In this document: piece by piece, positions 1 to 6,970 of the stretch | How positions within the stretch are numbered: the first letter of the stretch is position 1 | Layout: every line of letters starts with the position of its first letter | DNA from: Patescibacteria group bacterium | GTDB taxonomy: Bacteria > Patescibacteriota > UBA1384 > XYA2-FULL-43-10 | Assembly: GCA_041674405.1 (NCBI GenBank) | Contig: JBAYVT010000005.1 | Location: 60,001-92,000 of the forward strand | DNA: 32,000 nt | Direction: 5' to 3' | Notes under the pieces: generated by a model | Databases searched by the model: none | The model's input: only the letters and a program-made list of their open reading frames with translations | What the model was told of the DNA's origin: nothing | Program-made: the position numbers and the translations under genes

Positions 1-584
1 GGCATCACCTCAACGAGAGAAAAAGAAGTTTGTCGCAGAGCTTTGGCATTAAATGGCGATTGCCTGACAAGCCGATGCACACCGCCTTCACCTTTTAGCT
101 TTCCGTATACATAAGAGCCATCAATTTCCAATGTTGCGCTTTTTATTCCAGCAATACCACCTCTGGATTCATCGATGATCTTTACATCATACCCATTAGA
201 CTCCGCCCACCTAATATACATCCGCATGAGCATTTCCGTCCAATCTTGGGCATCGTCTCCTCCAGCTCCGGCATAGAAATTTAGTATAGCTGAGTGGTCA
301 TCATATTTGCCCGAAAAGAGTGCAAGGAGCTCCAATTTTTCAATTTCAGGAATCAGGGAATTCAGTTCGTTTTCGTCCGCTATTTCAGCCAATTCAGATA
401 ATTCATCAAATTTTTCGGCCAGCTCTTTAAGATCTTTAAGCTCTCTTGCTTTCTCGTTTGACAAATTCTCGTCTGCCCAAAAAGAAGGAGAGCTCATTTC
501 TTCTTCGATTTGTTTAATTCTATCCTTTTTTTCTCCGATATGAAGCAAGGTCTCCAAATCGAATAATCGTTTTTTTGCACCCAT
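1..584 (-). CDS. prfB: peptide chain release factor 2, N-terminal ~194 codons (gene continues beyond window start)
   Basis: My own minus-strand translation from the ATG at 584-582 reads [14 protein letters not shown]...[26 protein letters not shown]...[21 protein letters not shown]. The AGxGG..AQDW and GVHRLVR.SPF motifs are RF2-type rather than RF1-type. The ORF is missing from the supplied track because it is open at the window edge. Confidence 0.85.
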   Translation of the reverse strand, partial: MGAKKRLFDLETLLHIGEKKDRIKQIEEEMSSPSFWADENLSNEKARELKDLKELAEKFDELSELAEIADENELNSLIPEIEKLELLALFSGKYDDHSAILNFYAGAGGDDAQDWTEMLMRMYIRWAESNGYDVKIIDESRGGIAGIKSATLEIDGSYVYGKLKGEGGVHRLVRQSPFNAKALRQTSFSLVEVM

Positions 585-620
585 AAGTTCATATTACCAG
601 ATTCTTGTTTTTCCGAGAAT

Positions 621-656
621 AAGAAAACCAGCCCATTGTATCGGGCTGGTTTTCTT
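621..656 (-). terminator. rho-independent terminator downstream of the LPXTG surface-protein gene
   Basis: A perfect 14-bp stem (aagaaaaccagccc at 621-634 pairs with gggctggttttctt at 643-656) closes an 8-nt loop. It lies 7 nt past the stop at 663, and the 3' arm and flank are U-rich on the minus strand. Confidence 0.6.
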
Positions 657-662
657 ATTTAT

Positions 663-2684
663 TTAATTCACACTTTTTCTGGAGGCCTTAGTGAGTAATT
701 TTTTTTGCTTGAGATAAGTCAAGTTTACTCCCGCAAACAAAGATCCAAGAAGGCTCAAAACCCCACCGGCTGCAGCGCCGGTCTTGGGAAGAGGGGTGCT
801 TGCTGGCACAACTTTGGTCAAAATCACGGTTTGGGCAGTCGAAGAAATAGTATTTCCGCCCATAGACAAATATCCCGTATTTATCAGTTGTTCCCCAGCG
901 GCAATATTTGCAGAAGTGATCACCCTGAATCTTACATAGCCTGATTGTCCAGGAGCTAAGGTGTTGATGATAAATCCCTTGGTGACATCTTCAGAAATTA
1001 CATGTTCAGTGCCATCCAAGTTAATTATCGCAGGAACCGAAGTATCCAGGGCAACATTGGCTGGAAGGACATCGGAAATCTTCACCTGGTCAGCTGGCCC
1101 ATCTCCAGTGTTTGCAAAATCAATTTTGTATTCCAGCATGTCTCCAGGAAAGGCTGTATTTGATTTGGAAAATTCCAATTCATTGCTGGTGATATTTCTA
1201 ACAACTTTATTGATCGACAAGACAGGCTCTCTGTGTGGTCTTAGAATTATAATCGTGATTGTATTTCCATACTCGTTAAATAATTTATCATCGAAATGAA
1301 AACCATTTTGCGGGTTATCAGGCAATGGGTCCATCACCTTAACCGTAAATTTCCTAACCACATTTTGCCCCGGATCAATTCGAACTTCCGGCCAAATTAC
1401 TTCTTTGGAATTATTACCTTCCTCTGGATTATCTTTGACAATACCCCCATTACTTATACTGACAATGTTTGATTCCTCTAACACATCGCCGATACCATCC
1501 GAAACCACAAAGTTAGTAGCAATGGTTCCGGTGTTTTTGGTGTTCAAGGTATAAATAATAACATCGCCAGGCCTGGCAGGAGTAGATGTCGCATCAACTT
1601 TCAAAGTATCATTATAAGCAGACTTTGAACGATGAATATTAACAACTCCGGCTTTCAAGTCAACAATGGCTTCATCGTTAACGTTAATATTACCTGAAAT
1701 TGCATAGGCAACATTCGTTACAGATTTTGCAACCAATATGTAAGAAGGCGCTTTTGCACGAAATTTAATCACCGCGCCATTTTCCGCGCCAACCTTAAGG
1801 CTGCCAATACTTACTCCACTAGCAAAAAATCCGGCTGCGTCAAGATTGGTTGTGCTGTCCTCTTTGGTCATCGTAAGGGAATTATCCACATAGGTTAAAT
1901 CCGAAGGCAGGCCATCAGAAGCTGTAACTTCCTCAAGCGTTGATTCTCCAGGATTGGTAATATTTATTTTGTATTCCACTGACTCGTTTTGATCTACAGA
2001 TGTGCGCTCGACAAAACTAGTCTCATTCTTCGAAATGTTCCTTACCGCTTTCTCAATATGCAGATTACCCGGATTCACTTTTGCAGTTGTTTTAAACTGG
2101 AACATTACAAAACCGGCAAATTCCCAACAACCATTGATATCTCCGATATTCAAGCCAGACGAAGATAGAAGTTCTGATCCGTCTTGCCCAAAAGGAAGCG
2201 GAGTTGGATTGTTTATATCAGGATTGCTTGCCTGATTTGGAAACCACTTAACAGAACCAGGAACCAGTTTAAGCGTTGCATTTTGATCAAGATTAACAGT
2301 CAACGTATCAGAAACTGCAGCTACGCTATCAGCTGAAATTGTGGCGGACAAAACAGCTGTTTTGTTGGTGGTCTGTGCAGGCATGGATACCTTAATGGTT
2401 GTATTTTCAGCGGTAGTATTGACCTGGCCATTGTGATAATAAATTAAACCATCTATCACATCACCAGCCTGCCCGTCTACAGGATCACGCCAATCATCAT
2501 CCTGTGTATCACGAGTTGAATTAAAACCCCTAAAAAGCTCCTGATCACCCGGCAGGAAATTAAACCTCGGGCCATCGGCATTGATTCCGATTGCAGGTGA
2601 AATAACTTGAGAAATCAAAAGCGCTGCGGCGGCTACGCCTAAAACATACTTTAATTTCTTTTTAATTTGTGAAAACCATTTCAT
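663..2684 (-). CDS. LPXTG-anchored cell-surface protein with DUF11-type repeats and a shared N-terminal domain
   Basis: The 673-aa ORF has an N-terminal signal/TM segment (VLGVAAAALLISQVISPAIG). Its C-terminus is a sortase sorting signal: LPKTG, then a hydrophobic stretch, then a KQKK basic tail. Several DUF11-like repeats are present (e.g. AFPGDMLEYKIDFANTGDGPADQVKISDVLPANV). An AAGGA Shine-Dalgarno precedes the ATG. Confidence 0.8.
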   Translation of the reverse strand: MKWFSQIKKKLKYVLGVAAAALLISQVISPAIGINADGPRFNFLPGDQELFRGFNSTRDTQDDDWRDPVDGQAGDVIDGLIYYHNGQVNTTAENTTIKVSMPAQTTNKTAVLSATISADSVAAVSDTLTVNLDQNATLKLVPGSVKWFPNQASNPDINNPTPLPFGQDGSELLSSSGLNIGDINGCWEFAGFVMFQFKTTAKVNPGNLHIEKAVRNISKNETSFVERTSVDQNESVEYKINITNPGESTLEEVTASDGLPSDLTYVDNSLTMTKEDSTTNLDAAGFFASGVSIGSLKVGAENGAVIKFRAKAPSYILVAKSVTNVAYAISGNINVNDEAIVDLKAGVVNIHRSKSAYNDTLKVDATSTPARPGDVIIYTLNTKNTGTIATNFVVSDGIGDVLEESNIVSISNGGIVKDNPEEGNNSKEVIWPEVRIDPGQNVVRKFTVKVMDPLPDNPQNGFHFDDKLFNEYGNTITIIILRPHREPVLSINKVVRNITSNELEFSKSNTAFPGDMLEYKIDFANTGDGPADQVKISDVLPANVALDTSVPAIINLDGTEHVISEDVTKGFIINTLAPGQSGYVRFRVITSANIAAGEQLINTGYLSMGGNTISSTAQTVILTKVVPASTPLPKTGAAAGGVLSLLGSLFAGVNLTYLKQKKLLTKASRKSVN

Positions 2685-2738
2685 TTTTTATCCTTTTTTA
2701 GCCCTCCGCGAACACATTATTTTATTTCTAATAAATAC

Positions 2739-4262
2739 TTAAAAAGTTGGTGCAGGAATCGGCATAAGCCTTAGAATCGAACGCGCAATGTCGGAAATTT
2801 CCGCTACATTATCCCCCTTTACAAAAGCAGTATTGGTAAGGGTGTAATCTCCGATCGGCGGGCAACCAACAATAATCCCTGATAACTTGATGATCTTACT
2901 CTGGCCCGGATTCATATTACCCAAGCTAATTCCGCCGGCGAAAGTGATTCCATCTGGAACTGAAATACCATTAACCGTCGTGGAACCGGGGACATAATTT
3001 ACATAAAGCGGAAAGATGTCTCTAGCTTTAACGTTAGTTACAGCCGCATTTCCGGTCGCAGTAACAACGATTTTATAAGTGATCTTTTCTCCCAATTTCA
3101 CATTATTTTGTTCAACCCAGGTTGATCCGCTTAATACGGTTTTCTGAATTGTTAATCCAGATGTTGTCGAAACAATCACTCTTGCTGTGCTCTGGCCCTT
3201 AAACACTCCGGCCATAAAAAGCTTCGCTAAGTTGTCGAGGGTTAGCGTCCCTGCGGGAACTGTCGAATCAACTTTCACTTTGTATATAACCCTGATTGAC
3301 CCAGCGTCGAGAGGCGCGATATTCGGCAGATTAACCCCGGTAGAAAAAATCGTATCTGGCAGCTTTACTCCGGCTGGATGTGAAGCATCGAAATAAAAGG
3401 TTGTGCCTGTTTCATACTTCATATGAAGAGGTAATACATCTTTAACTGAAACATTGTTCGCAGTTACATTTCCACTATTTTCAACTTCCAACTTATATTC
3501 AACTACTTCTCCTGGATTCGCGGTAATCTCTTTGTGCCAGACATTTTCATTCAAGTGCTTAACATTCTTATCAATTGAAAGAGCTGTGTTGCCTTTGATT
3601 TTTCCGACAAATGTTACAAACCCCGCAAACTCCCAGCATCCATTTATATTTCCTATATTTACGCCATTTGCGCTGGTAATTCCATCAGGCAATGATTGTC
3701 CGGGTTGGCCAACATGAGTGGCTTGTTCGGGAAACAATTTAGTTGAACCGGGCACATATTCGATTATTCCACTTGACGGAAGATTAATTGTCTGTCCCGA
3801 TATGCCTTTGACTGCGCCATTGATTATAGTGTCATAGATTGGGGCAGTTTCATCTGACCACAGAGCGCTTGTCTCTTTTAGCGCATTTGACTCGCCTGTC
3901 GGCAGTGAAACGCGAATACGTACATTGTGGGCTGTCGAATTTAACATTCCATTGTGGTAATAGACCAAAAATGCAACTTCATCACCGATATTGGCATCGA
4001 TCGGGTCAGCCCAATCATTGCCCGAAGAAACAACAGATGCACGAAGCATCTCCTGGTCGCCAGGTAAGAAATTAAATCTTGGTGTTTGGCTTGTGTTATT
4101 TGATTCGGCAACTTTGGCATTTGAAGAAACCAAAGACAGCGAAATCAAACTTACAACAGCCAAAATAACGCCAATTGTTCTTTTGGTTTTTGAAATTCTT
4201 GTTTTTGATTTGTCCTTAACTCCGTGAAACAATTTCTCTCTCATTTTTTGAAAGAATGACAT
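2739..4262 (-). CDS. DUF11-repeat surface/secreted protein, paralog of 663-2684, no LPXTG signal
   Basis: The ORF track gives 2739-4292 with a TTG start. I prefer the internal ATG at 4262 (MSFFQKMREK...) because gtAAGGAGaaac lies directly upstream. There is a TM/signal segment (IGVILAVVSLISLSLVSSNA). The N-terminal domain is shared with the neighbouring gene (PRFNFLPGDQE, YYHNG, INGCWEFAGFV). DUF11-like repeats are present (ANPGEVVEYKLEVENSGNVTANNVSVKDVLP). Confidence 0.75.
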   Translation of the reverse strand: MSFFQKMREKLFHGVKDKSKTRISKTKRTIGVILAVVSLISLSLVSSNAKVAESNNTSQTPRFNFLPGDQEMLRASVVSSGNDWADPIDANIGDEVAFLVYYHNGMLNSTAHNVRIRVSLPTGESNALKETSALWSDETAPIYDTIINGAVKGISGQTINLPSSGIIEYVPGSTKLFPEQATHVGQPGQSLPDGITSANGVNIGNINGCWEFAGFVTFVGKIKGNTALSIDKNVKHLNENVWHKEITANPGEVVEYKLEVENSGNVTANNVSVKDVLPLHMKYETGTTFYFDASHPAGVKLPDTIFSTGVNLPNIAPLDAGSIRVIYKVKVDSTVPAGTLTLDNLAKLFMAGVFKGQSTARVIVSTTSGLTIQKTVLSGSTWVEQNNVKLGEKITYKIVVTATGNAAVTNVKARDIFPLYVNYVPGSTTVNGISVPDGITFAGGISLGNMNPGQSKIIKLSGIIVGCPPIGDYTLTNTAFVKGDNVAEISDIARSILRLMPIPAPTF

Positions 4263-4309
4263 GTTTCTCCTTACTAGGCTTAAGAATTTCAATTTATTAC
4301 TCGCACAAA

Positions 4310-4338
4310 ACCATACTAAATTCTTGAGCTAATGTCAA
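4310..4338 (-). promoter_or_regulatory. sigma70-like promoter for the DUF11 paralog pair
   Basis: The minus strand reads TTGACA (plus 4333-4338), a 17-nt spacer, then TATGGT (plus 4310-4315), about 45 nt upstream of the ATG at 4262. Confidence 0.45.
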
Positions 4339-4391
4339 TGTGTTTTTTCACTTTTTTCACCTTACCAAACATTCAAAATTTAAATGCTTGG

Positions 4392-4461
4392 TCGGTGGCC
4401 CTGGCGCATAGCGCCAGGGCACCGGTTTAGTTGTACCACACCGCCCGCTAGGGCGGTGTGG
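4392..4461 (-). terminator. two tandem GC-rich hairpins at the 3' end of the GC-rich two-gene unit
   Basis: Hairpin A has a perfect 11-bp stem (ccacaccgccc at 4436-4446 pairs with gggcggtgtgg at 4451-4461). Its 4-nt loop, gcta, contains the TAG stop of the 4448-5113 ORF. Hairpin B has a 10-bp perfect stem (gccctggcgc at 4398-4407 pairs with gcgccagggc at 4411-4420), extendable to 4392-4425 with one bulge. No clear U-tract follows either hairpin. Confidence 0.5.
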
Positions 4462-5113
4462 GCGTGGGCACGGGGATCGGATCCCCGCAGGTCCCCGGCA
4501 CCTTCTCCTCCTTGTTCGCCATCCCGGCGAATAGGGTGAGAAGCGTCTCGGTACAGCCTTCGATCACCCGAGCCATGCCCACCGGGCAATCCGGGAGAGG
4601 CTGGCTGGGGCTGATCCCCGCAGGAGCGACCCACTCCCGAGCCGGCGCGTACACGACGTACGGTACCGGGTAGGGCTTGGGGATCTCTACGACCACCGGG
4701 TAGGGTACCTTGACCTCAACCCGCTCAGGACACGCCAGTTTGCACGCTGGCGGTACCGGAGTGCATGGGATGAAGAAGCGGCCCCTAGCTAGGTTACCGC
4801 ACCGCACCATACGGGTAATCGTGTACCAGCGCCCCTGTACCCCGTCCTTGCAGCCCATCTCTGCAGGTACTGCGTAGACAGTTTCTGTGGGGATCAGGTA
4901 CCCGGGAACGAAGCGACCTTCGGACTCAAACCAGACCTCGGCGTCGACATACTGATTGAGCCGGTAGGCCTCCTGGCCGTTGATCGCCGGGCAGTGCCGC
5001 CCGATCGGGTACGTGTTCGTGATCTTCTCCGAGAGGTTGATGCCCGAGGCAAACGCTGCCCCGACCATGACCATCAAGAGAAGGGTGAGGATCAGCGTCA
5101 GCTTACCCCTCAT
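4448..5113 (-). CDS. hypothetical secreted Cys- and Pro/Val/Tyr-rich protein (GC-rich insert, gene 2)
   Basis: The ORF track gives 4448-5122 with a GTG start. I prefer the ATG at 5113 (MRGKLTLILTLLLMVMVGAAFASG...) because GGAGG lies 8 nt upstream. It has a clear signal peptide, about 10 Cys and a PYPVVVEIPKPYPVPYVVY tract. It overlaps the upstream ORF's stop by 11 nt. I recognise no family. Confidence 0.6.
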   Translation of the reverse strand: MRGKLTLILTLLLMVMVGAAFASGINLSEKITNTYPIGRHCPAINGQEAYRLNQYVDAEVWFESEGRFVPGYLIPTETVYAVPAEMGCKDGVQGRWYTITRMVRCGNLARGRFFIPCTPVPPACKLACPERVEVKVPYPVVVEIPKPYPVPYVVYAPAREWVAPAGISPSQPLPDCPVGMARVIEGCTETLLTLFAGMANKEEKVPGTCGDPIPVPTPTPP

Positions 5114-6395
5114 GGATCTCACCTCCTGTGAGAATCAGCACTTTGACTTTCCCGTCGAGCGGGTACGTCCAGGTGCGAGTGTCCGGAGATGTGGACAGCG
5201 CGAAATGCGTATAGCCACGCGCTGCCTCACACGTGAACCAGGACTCTCCCTTGTCTCTCGCCGCGACCGTAAACGGTGCGTTGGGAGCGATCCAGCGGCC
5301 ATCTTGCTGAACCCACAGGAAGAGTGTCGCCGATGTCTCGCCGGACTGCTCGTCCAGCGCCACGACGAAGGTGGAGTCGGTATGCGCCTCGCGGAGGCGC
5401 TCGGCCTGAGACTTTACCGGCGGTGCCGAGGTAGTGACAGGCGTGGTCGTAGTGGAAGGCTGAACGGAAGCAGGGGGCGGATCCACAGGAGAAGCTTGCT
5501 GCTGCTCCTGCATCTTCCGTAGCACCGCTTCCGCCGCTTCCGCCCGCTCACGCTCTGCCTGAGCCTGGGCCTTAGCGGCTGCGGCCTCGGCTTGCGCCGC
5601 GGCAACTGCCGGATCAGGCCCGTTCTGCCGAGGCATGAACGGAGGTGCGAACCCCTGTGCAGCGCGCGCTGTAGCAGTCGAGATCTCCTGGTAGTCAGCT
5701 GGCTTGCAGGCCAGCATTATACTAGAGGAGAACATACTGTAGACACGCGACCGGTAGACCGGCCACAGGGCCTTGGGAAGGTCCTTTTCGCACTGCACGC
5801 CGCACTGCCCGTTGAGGAAAGAGACGATGTCGGCGTTTACGTTCTGTACGTTGAACGCTATGGCCGACTGGTCGGTCCTCATGACATGGTCAGCGTGCCT
5901 GATGAAGAAGAACCTGTAGTCCCTTCGGGACTGATCGTGGCGAACCTCTGACACGAGGAAGTAGCGGCCAGGACCGAGCCGATTGAGATCAACCCAGAGC
6001 CGGTTATCCTCCGCAGAAACACACAGCCCGTCCAGTCCCTCAACTTCGACCCGGGTTCCCTTCAGGTGGCAGTCCTCAATCCCGAATACCCTCAGGTCCA
6101 CCGACATGCAGCAGGTCTCTTCGGTGATCTTGTATGGCCTAGGATACCCCTCCGAACAGTCCTCGGAGACCGGAGCCGTGAAGGTCTGGCCCAGAGCCCA
6201 GCCGTTCACCGTGCCACCTTCCTTGTTGCTGAAAGTGACAATTGCGGTGGGCGAACTGATGACCGTGGTTCCCTTGACCGTGATCAAAGGGATACCAAAC
6301 CCACCGAAGATCGTGGTCTCGTCGGCCGAAGCCGGCGCGAGACAGACCGCCAGAATGGCAGCCAGAACCAGCAGTACGACGAATCTAGTGCGCAT
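5103..6395 (-). CDS. hypothetical secreted multi-domain protein (GC-rich insert, gene 1)
   Basis: The 430-aa ORF has an AAGGAGG Shine-Dalgarno 8 nt before the ATG at 6395 and a signal peptide ending in an AxA site (LAVCLAPASA/DE). A Cys-rich N-terminal region is followed by an Ala/Glu/Gln-rich helix (AAAQAEAAAAKAQAQAERERAEAAEAVLRKMQEQQQ), a Pro/Thr/Ser linker and a C-terminal domain of about 90 aa. I recognise no family. Confidence 0.65.
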   Translation of the reverse strand: MRTRFVVLLVLAAILAVCLAPASADETTIFGGFGIPLITVKGTTVISSPTAIVTFSNKEGGTVNGWALGQTFTAPVSEDCSEGYPRPYKITEETCCMSVDLRVFGIEDCHLKGTRVEVEGLDGLCVSAEDNRLWVDLNRLGPGRYFLVSEVRHDQSRRDYRFFFIRHADHVMRTDQSAIAFNVQNVNADIVSFLNGQCGVQCEKDLPKALWPVYRSRVYSMFSSSIMLACKPADYQEISTATARAAQGFAPPFMPRQNGPDPAVAAAQAEAAAAKAQAQAERERAEAAEAVLRKMQEQQQASPVDPPPASVQPSTTTTPVTTSAPPVKSQAERLREAHTDSTFVVALDEQSGETSATLFLWVQQDGRWIAPNAPFTVAARDKGESWFTCEAARGYTHFALSTSPDTRTWTYPLDGKVKVLILTGGEIHEG

Positions 6396-6472
6396 GGTTA
6401 TGCGCCTCCTTGTGAGTCCCCTTAGCGGGGTTAGTGTCCCCGCAGGGGGATTTTGTATTCATCTATATCAAA

Positions 6473-6502
6473 GTGCCACCTCGCTCGCTGCGCAGGTGGC
6501 AC
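6473..6502 (-). terminator. GC-rich hairpin about 80 nt upstream of GC-insert gene 1 (terminator-like insulator or leader structure)
   Basis: A 9-bp stem (gtgccacct at 6473-6481 pairs with aggtggcac at 6494-6502) closes a 12-nt loop. On the minus strand it is followed by UUUGAUAU. Confidence 0.3.
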
Positions 6503-6871
6503 AGTGAACGAGGTCAATCTCCGCCAAAACCGTAGTCTTGGCAAGAGGCGAATGATTTAAAAGTCATCACGCCTTCTGCCAAAAAAGTTCTTCAATTATT
6601 TTTGACCTTTCCAACCTCGGCTCGACCATCGGACGAGACGGGTGATTTTCGAATTATCTTCACAGATCCAGCCAGGAATAAGGCGAGAAACGATCAAGGT
6701 ATTAGCCAGACCAGGTTCGCATTTTTTAAGGAACCATCAATGTCAGCTATAGAGCTTGCCGCCCATAAGGCCCCTTATTCCCAGCCAGACCCGTAAAAAC
6801 AATCTCTCAACTTCGGTCGAGATAAATCTCCGCTTCAGTCGATGTAAACAATTTCTCAATTCCCTTGGAAT

Positions 6872-6901
6872 AAAAAACGGAATGGAAATCTCTTTCCATC
6901 C
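6872..6901 (-). terminator. rho-independent terminator of the dus/PGI operon
   Basis: The stem atggaaa (6882-6888) pairs with tttccat (6893-6899) around the loop tctc, with two extra G-C pairs across a bulge. On the minus strand a U6 tract follows (plus-strand aaaaaa at 6872-6877). It lies about 70 nt past the PGI stop. Confidence 0.6.
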
Positions 6902-6970
6902 CTCACTTTCACGAGAATTACTTTAGCACAATTATCGAATCTTGTCAATATCTGACTCTACTATTTCGCA

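Noticed and set aside
585-662. An upstream leader ORF for a programmed +1 frameshift in prfB.
   Set aside because: Only about 36 nt lie between the upstream terminator and the ATG. The alternative frame starting 7 nt upstream ([13 protein letters not shown]...) does not resemble an RF2 N-terminus and lacks the CUU-UGA-C shift site.
705-4227. Plus-strand ORFs antisense to the two surface-protein genes (705-944, 961-1299, 2002-2235, 3187-3396, 3454-3717, 3839-4075, 3991-4227).
   Set aside because: They lie entirely within long, well-supported minus-strand CDSs. They have low-complexity Ser/Leu/Phe-rich products and no Shine-Dalgarno sites.
4380-6507. Many long ORFs in other frames or strands of the GC-rich block (4380-4634 minus, 4458-4673 plus, 4980-5522 plus, 5414-5605 minus, 5592-5951 plus, 5983-6507 plus, 6066-6425 plus).
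   Set aside because: High-GC DNA is poor in stop codons, so long shadow ORFs are expected. These products are Arg/Pro/Ser-rich and of low complexity, and they lack Shine-Dalgarno sites and signal peptides. The two minus-strand ORFs I accepted have Shine-Dalgarno sites, signal peptides, coupling and terminators.
4375-6567. Flanking direct repeats (att-like) for the GC-rich insert: ATTTAAA at about 4378-4384 and about 6555-6561.
   Set aside because: The repeat is only 7 nt and AT-rich, so it is expected by chance in this genome. No terminal inverted repeats were found either.
6602-6796. A 64-aa plus-strand ORF in the orphan non-coding region.
   Set aside because: It has a non-ATG (TTG) start, no Shine-Dalgarno, is antisense to everything around it and has no recognisable motif. 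I treat the region as non-coding or decayed, not as a gene.
6503-6871. tmRNA, RNase P RNA or SRP RNA in the intermediate-GC spacer.
   Set aside because: The minus strand has faint resemblances to the tmRNA 5' region (GGCUGGAUCUG..AAUUCGAAAA..GCCGAGGUUGG). However, there is no T-arm/CCA-proximal acceptor end and no plausible tag ORF ending in hydrophobic residues. There is no GAGGAAAGUCC or ACAGAA..GGCUUA RNase P motif, and no GGAA-tetraloop SRP domain IV motif.
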